Assembly: GCA_964462755.1 (NCBI GenBank)
Contig: CAYWZD010000003.1
Location: 1-44,600, forward strand
Source: an uncultured Victivallales bacterium
Lineage (GTDB): Bacteria; Verrucomicrobiota; Lentisphaeria; Victivallales; UBA1829
Reading direction: 5' to 3'
Length of the DNA: 44,600 bases
The notes beneath the pieces were generated by a model. That model saw only the letters and a program-made list of their open reading frames with translations. It was not told where the DNA came from and ran no database searches. The translations under genes and the position numbers were made by a program. Each line of letters opens with the position of its first letter. Position 1 is the first letter of the stretch. Shown piece after piece: positions 40,907-44,600 of the stretch.

Positions 40907-42709
40907 ATGATTGTTGTTATTGCGACAGAAAATGAAAAGAGTCCCGCGTACAGCGAGGTCCTGGACCCACTGAAAGATAAATGGTTCTTTTTTTCACCAG
41001 GGGAAAAGACTGACGCACAGATTTTGTCTCTGAAGCCGAATGTGATCCTGGTTTCACACAAAGACGCGGTCGCTCACTGCAAAGCCTTGCTGGAAGCGGG
41101 AGGACATGACCGCGAATTCCGCATTCTGGCCCTGCTGCCGGAAGAAAATGCCAACGATACAATTCTGGCACGGGTGGAAGGGGCGGATTCCTGCCTTGCC
41201 CTGCCGGTAAACGGCAATGTGCTTCGTCATGCCATCAAGAACGAGATGGTGGCCGCCCGGCGTACGCTGGAAGCCCATTCGATCATCAATACGAAAACCA
41301 TCGTCGGAAAAAGATACGAGCTCAAAAAACTCCTCGGCATCGGACTCCGTTCCTCCGTTTTCCTGGCCTATGACCGGGTGCTTGGAAGAAGCGTCACCTT
41401 CAAGCTGCTCCGCAAGATGATCCTCAATTATCCCGAGGTCATCGGCGAATATCTCACGGAAGCCAACAAACTGCTTCAGCTGGAGTCCCCCTTCCTCGCC
41501 AGACTCATTGAGATCGGAGACTGGAACGGGACGCCGTTTCTGGTCTATGACGTCCCGGAGGCAAAAAACCTTTACGAACTGCTCCGTGACAAGGAAGTGA
41601 CGGAAGACCGCATCCAGCGGATCGGGCTCTCCGTAGTGCGCGCGCTGATCGAGATGAAACATGCGGGAATCCTTCACTTCAACATCAAACCGGAAAATAT
41701 CCTCTGCATCGGGGGAATCTGTTTCCTGATCGACTTCGGACTGGTCTCGCTGGTCGAAGCGCCGTTGAACAACTCCTGTTTCCCCTACTGGGGCGACTCG
41801 GCTTACTCCAGTCCGGAATTTTTCTCTCCGGCCGTGACGCTCACCGCGCGGAGCGATATTTATTCCCTCGGGGTGGTTCTCCACACGCTCGCCACACGCA
41901 GCAACCCTTTCATGGGATACCATTACCTGATCGCGGAAAAACGCCATTTCATCCCCGACCTCCTTGCCATCCCGCGCGACAAGTTCACACAGAACTTCAT
42001 CATCACCGTGGAAGCCATGACCCTGATCCGGCCGAGTGCGCGGCCGCGTCTGCGGGATCTGGAAGTCATTTTTTCGCAGGCGATCGCCCTTGCCGGCGCA
42101 AAAGTTCCGCAGGTTCAGGAAAAAATGCTCAATTCCGACCGTCGTTTCAAGGAACATGAGGAAGAGCACGACGCCGAGGAATCCAAGGAATTCCTGAAAA
42201 ACACCGATACCTCGTCTATTGTCCGCAGCCGTTCCATCCGGAACTATCCTCCGCCGCCGAAAGAACCTGAAGTCAAAGACCTTCCATCCCTCTTCCAATA
42301 TTTATGGAAACGCAAAAAGCTGGTAACGACTATCCTCGTCATGACCACGCTTCTGCTTGTCGGCGGATATTATCTGGGAAAAAGAGAGGTCAAGCCGATC
42401 TATTTCCATCAGGGCCCCCTGACGATGTTCACCTGTTACAGCGGACATTCTCAGCCGTTGCGGACCCTGGACTACCGGACCGTCAAATGTCCAAGGTGCG
42501 GCGACCGGACCTCGCCGTCCTACACCTGCAACAAATGCAAGAAAACCTTCGGACTTTCCCTGTGGCCGCTGAGGGACATGACCGAAGATGAATGCAAGGA
42601 TTTCGAAAAAAAGCTTTCCGTCTGCCCGTTCTGCAAATCCACGGACATCCATCCGACCCCGCTTCCGGTCAAGAAGCCAGAAACCTCCAAGTCCGGCAGA
42701 AAACGCTGA
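40907..42709 (+). CDS. Membrane-anchored Hanks-type kinase-like protein (predicted pseudokinase) with degenerate receiver-like N-domain and Cys-rich C-terminal tail
   Basis: Kinase subdomains LGIGLRSSV, VTFK, DFG, SPE and DIYSLGVVL are present. The catalytic loop reads HFNIKPEN (Asn codon 41681-41683) instead of HRDLKPxN. TM segment LVTTILVMTTLLLVGGYYLG. Tail with CPRC, CNKC and CPFC. Start at ATG 40907; the ORF-track TTG at 40865 is less likely. Confidence 0.85.
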   Translation: MIVVIATENEKSPAYSEVLDPLKDKWFFFSPGEKTDAQILSLKPNVILVSHKDAVAHCKALLEAGGHDREFRILALLPEENANDTILARVEGADSCLALPVNGNVLRHAIKNEMVAARRTLEAHSIINTKTIVGKRYELKKLLGIGLRSSVFLAYDRVLGRSVTFKLLRKMILNYPEVIGEYLTEANKLLQLESPFLARLIEIGDWNGTPFLVYDVPEAKNLYELLRDKEVTEDRIQRIGLSVVRALIEMKHAGILHFNIKPENILCIGGICFLIDFGLVSLVEAPLNNSCFPYWGDSAYSSPEFFSPAVTLTARSDIYSLGVVLHTLATRSNPFMGYHYLIAEKRHFIPDLLAIPRDKFTQNFIITVEAMTLIRPSARPRLRDLEVIFSQAIALAGAKVPQVQEKMLNSDRRFKEHEEEHDAEESKEFLKNTDTSSIVRSRSIRNYPPPPKEPEVKDLPSLFQYLWKRKKLVTTILVMTTLLLVGGYYLGKREVKPIYFHQGPLTMFTCYSGHSQPLRTLDYRTVKCPRCGDRTSPSYTCNKCKKTFGLSLWPLRDMTEDECKDFEKKLSVCPFCKSTDIHPTPLPVKKPETSKSGRKR

Positions 42710-42817
42710 CGCGTTCTTCCTATCGGCAGGAAAAGGTTTTTTTCAAGAAACAGGCGCTTCCTCCTTTTTTTTCTCCGATTCAGTGCTATATTTGGAGTGA
42801 TACGAATTCTTTTGATG

Positions 42818-42837
42818 ATATTTTGATAATATTTTGA
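42818..42837 (+). promoter_or_regulatory. Tandem direct repeat ATATTTTGA x2 (11-nt period) just upstream of the larA RBS
   Basis: Copies at 42818-42826 and 42829-42837. RBS GAGGAG follows immediately. Confidence 0.3.
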
Positions 42838-42853
42838 GGAGACCTTCTGTTTC

Positions 42854-44131
42854 ATGGCGAACATCAGGATTCCGTACGGACGAACCCATCTGAGCGCTTC
42901 ACTGGAAGATGGAAAACTGCTGGGAATTTACCATTCTTCCCTGCCTCCGCGGGCGGAAAACGAATCCGCTGAAGTGTCGCGCGCCCTCGACGCCCCCATC
43001 GGAAGCGAAAGGCTGGAGGAGCTTGCCCGCAAGGCGAAAAACGCCGTCGTCATCAGCAGCGACCACACGCGCCCCGTCCCAAGCCATATCCTCATGCCGC
43101 TGATTCTGGAACGTCTGCGCCGTTACAATCCGGCCATTGACATTACGATTCTGATCGCCACCGGCTTCCACCGTCTCACCACAAAGGAAGAACTCGTCGG
43201 CAAATTCGGCGAAGAAATTGTCGCACGGGAAAAAATCGTGGTCCACGATTCTTCGGACCCATCGCAGCTGAAAGCCATCGGAACCCTGCCCTCCGGCGGC
43301 GCCCTCATCGTCAACCGGCGGGCCGTGGAAACGGACCTGCTGGTCGCCGAAGGCTTCATCGAACCGCACTTTTTCGCAGGATTTTCCGGCGGACGCAAAA
43401 GCGTGCTTCCGGGAATCGCCTCCCGGGAAACCGTCTTGGCCAACCACTGTTCCGAGTTCATCATGAGTCCGTATGCGCGCACGGGGATTCTGGAAGGAAA
43501 TCCGATCCACCGGGACATGCTTTTTGCCGCGAAGACCGCGAAACTGGCCTTCATCGTGAATGTGGTCATCGACGGCGACAAGAAGATTATTGCCGCGTTC
43601 GCCGGAGACTCCGAAGCCGCGCATAAGGCAGGCACGGCATTTCTGGGGAAACACGCCCGGATCGAAGTTCCGGAAGCGGACATTGTCGTCACAAGCAACG
43701 GCGGCTACCCCCTCGACCAGAACGTCTATCAGGCGGTCAAGGGAATGACGGCGGGCGAAGCGGTCTGCCGTGAAAACGGGGTCATCATCCTGTGTGCGAG
43801 TTGTTCCGACGGACACGGAGGCGAATCATTTTACGAGCATCTGCGCGCCGCCTCGCCGGAACGGATTCTGGCCGAAGCGGCAAAGGTCCCGCGCGACAAA
43901 ACCGAGCCGGACCAGTGGGAATATCAGATTCTCGCCCGAATTCTCGCAAAGCATACCGTCATCATGGTCACTTCCGATTGCGACCACCGGATGCTCCGGG
44001 AGATGAAACTGGAAACCGCATCCACGCTCGGAGAAGCTCTCGCGCGCGCATTCGAACTTTGCGGACGGGAGGCCCGGGTCGCGGTGATCCCGGACGGCGT
44101 TTCCGTCATCGCGGCAAAACAAAAATCGTGA
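42854..44131 (+). CDS. larA: Nickel-pincer-cofactor-dependent lactate racemase
   Basis: ISSDHTRPVPSHI, ATGFHR, EGFIEPHFFAGFSGGRKSVLPGIAS and NGGYPLDQNVYQAVKGMTAGEA match Lactobacillus plantarum LarA as recalled, including the cofactor-tethering Lys in GGRKS. Confidence 0.93.
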   Translation: MANIRIPYGRTHLSASLEDGKLLGIYHSSLPPRAENESAEVSRALDAPIGSERLEELARKAKNAVVISSDHTRPVPSHILMPLILERLRRYNPAIDITILIATGFHRLTTKEELVGKFGEEIVAREKIVVHDSSDPSQLKAIGTLPSGGALIVNRRAVETDLLVAEGFIEPHFFAGFSGGRKSVLPGIASRETVLANHCSEFIMSPYARTGILEGNPIHRDMLFAAKTAKLAFIVNVVIDGDKKIIAAFAGDSEAAHKAGTAFLGKHARIEVPEADIVVTSNGGYPLDQNVYQAVKGMTAGEAVCRENGVIILCASCSDGHGGESFYEHLRAASPERILAEAAKVPRDKTEPDQWEYQILARILAKHTVIMVTSDCDHRMLREMKLETASTLGEALARAFELCGREARVAVIPDGVSVIAAKQKS

Positions 44132-44160
44132 ATTCCATATAATAGCAAGTAGGGGAAAAA

Positions 44161-44600
44161 CATGCACATCATTGTGTGTATCAAGCAAGTGCCGGGAACG
44201 GCGCAAGTAGAGATCGATGAAAAGACCGGCGTGCTGAAACGCGACGGCGTCGCCTCGAAAATGAATCCGTTCGACCTGTTCGCGATCGAAAGCGCCATGC
44301 GTCTCAAAGCTCTTTACGGCGGCACGGTGACCGTCCTCACCATGGGACCGCCGCAAGCAGAGAAGGCTGTCCGGGAAGCCTTCATGATGGGCGCCGACGA
44401 CGGATTCATCCTTTCCGACCGCAAATTCGGCGGAGCCGATGTGCTCGCAACGTCCTACACCATCGCACAGGGCATCCGCAAAATCGGGAAATTCGACCTG
44501 ATCATCTGCGGGAAGCAGACCACCGACGGCGACACCGCCCAGGTAGGCGCGGAACTGGCGGAATTCCTTTCGATTCCGCACATCGCCAGCGTCACGAAAT
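44161..44600 (+). CDS. etfB: Electron transfer flavoprotein beta subunit, 3' end off window
   Basis: Not in the ORF track (no in-window stop). Manual translation gives [49 protein letters not shown]...[17 protein letters not shown], a canonical EtfB N-terminus. Confidence 0.9.

Noticed and set aside
1-44600. Search for CRISPR arrays, tRNA/rRNA genes, transposases/integrases, toxin-antitoxin pairs and known defence-system genes
   Set aside because: None were seen. There are no regularly spaced direct repeats, no cloverleaf-like GC-rich 75-nt blocks in intergenic DNA and no DDE, tyrosine-recombinase or nuclease/helicase motif sets. The only repeats found are the prepilin-helix segments and the duplicated upstream element.

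Overview
GC-rich bacterial chromosomal fragment with AT-rich intergenic islands. It is best explained as a glycan-utilisation region from a PVC-superphylum organism (Lentisphaerota/Kiritimatiellota-like), judged from four prepilin-type H-X9-DG proteins. All family assignments rest on motif recognition by eye; no searches were run. I call 30 protein-coding genes, two truncated by the window edges. I saw no rRNA, tRNA, CRISPR array, transposase or integrase. The window is organised as four regulator-controlled modules. Each module combines a local transcription factor (AraC, PocR-AraC, GntR-PBP hybrid or LacI), one prepilin-like H-X9-DG gene, and secreted LamG/CBM/GH-like proteins. The fourth module is a 13.8-kb eight-gene operon. 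It also carries a fused solute-binding-protein/permease, a second permease with a very large extracytoplasmic loop, a HAD phosphatase, an ADP-ribosylglycohydrolase-fold protein and a TIM-barrel isomerase. Between the modules lies the most unusual locus: a stand-alone operon of two divergent, compact secretin paralogues. It has a near-consensus sigma54 promoter about 125-155 bp downstream of a conserved element of roughly 75 bp. That element recurs, with identical internal spacing, 22 kb away upstream of a predicted pseudokinase (degenerate receiver, kinase domain with HFN instead of HRD, TM segment, Cys-rich tail). My working hypothesis is inference only. Locus-specific pseudopilins and an orphan secretin pair may form a distributed, sigma54/enhancer-controlled T2SS/T4P-like glycan acquisition or secretion apparatus. 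The right end carries a recognisable lactate racemase (larA) followed by etfB. Many very long antisense ORFs (up to 1230 aa) are compositional shadows and were rejected.
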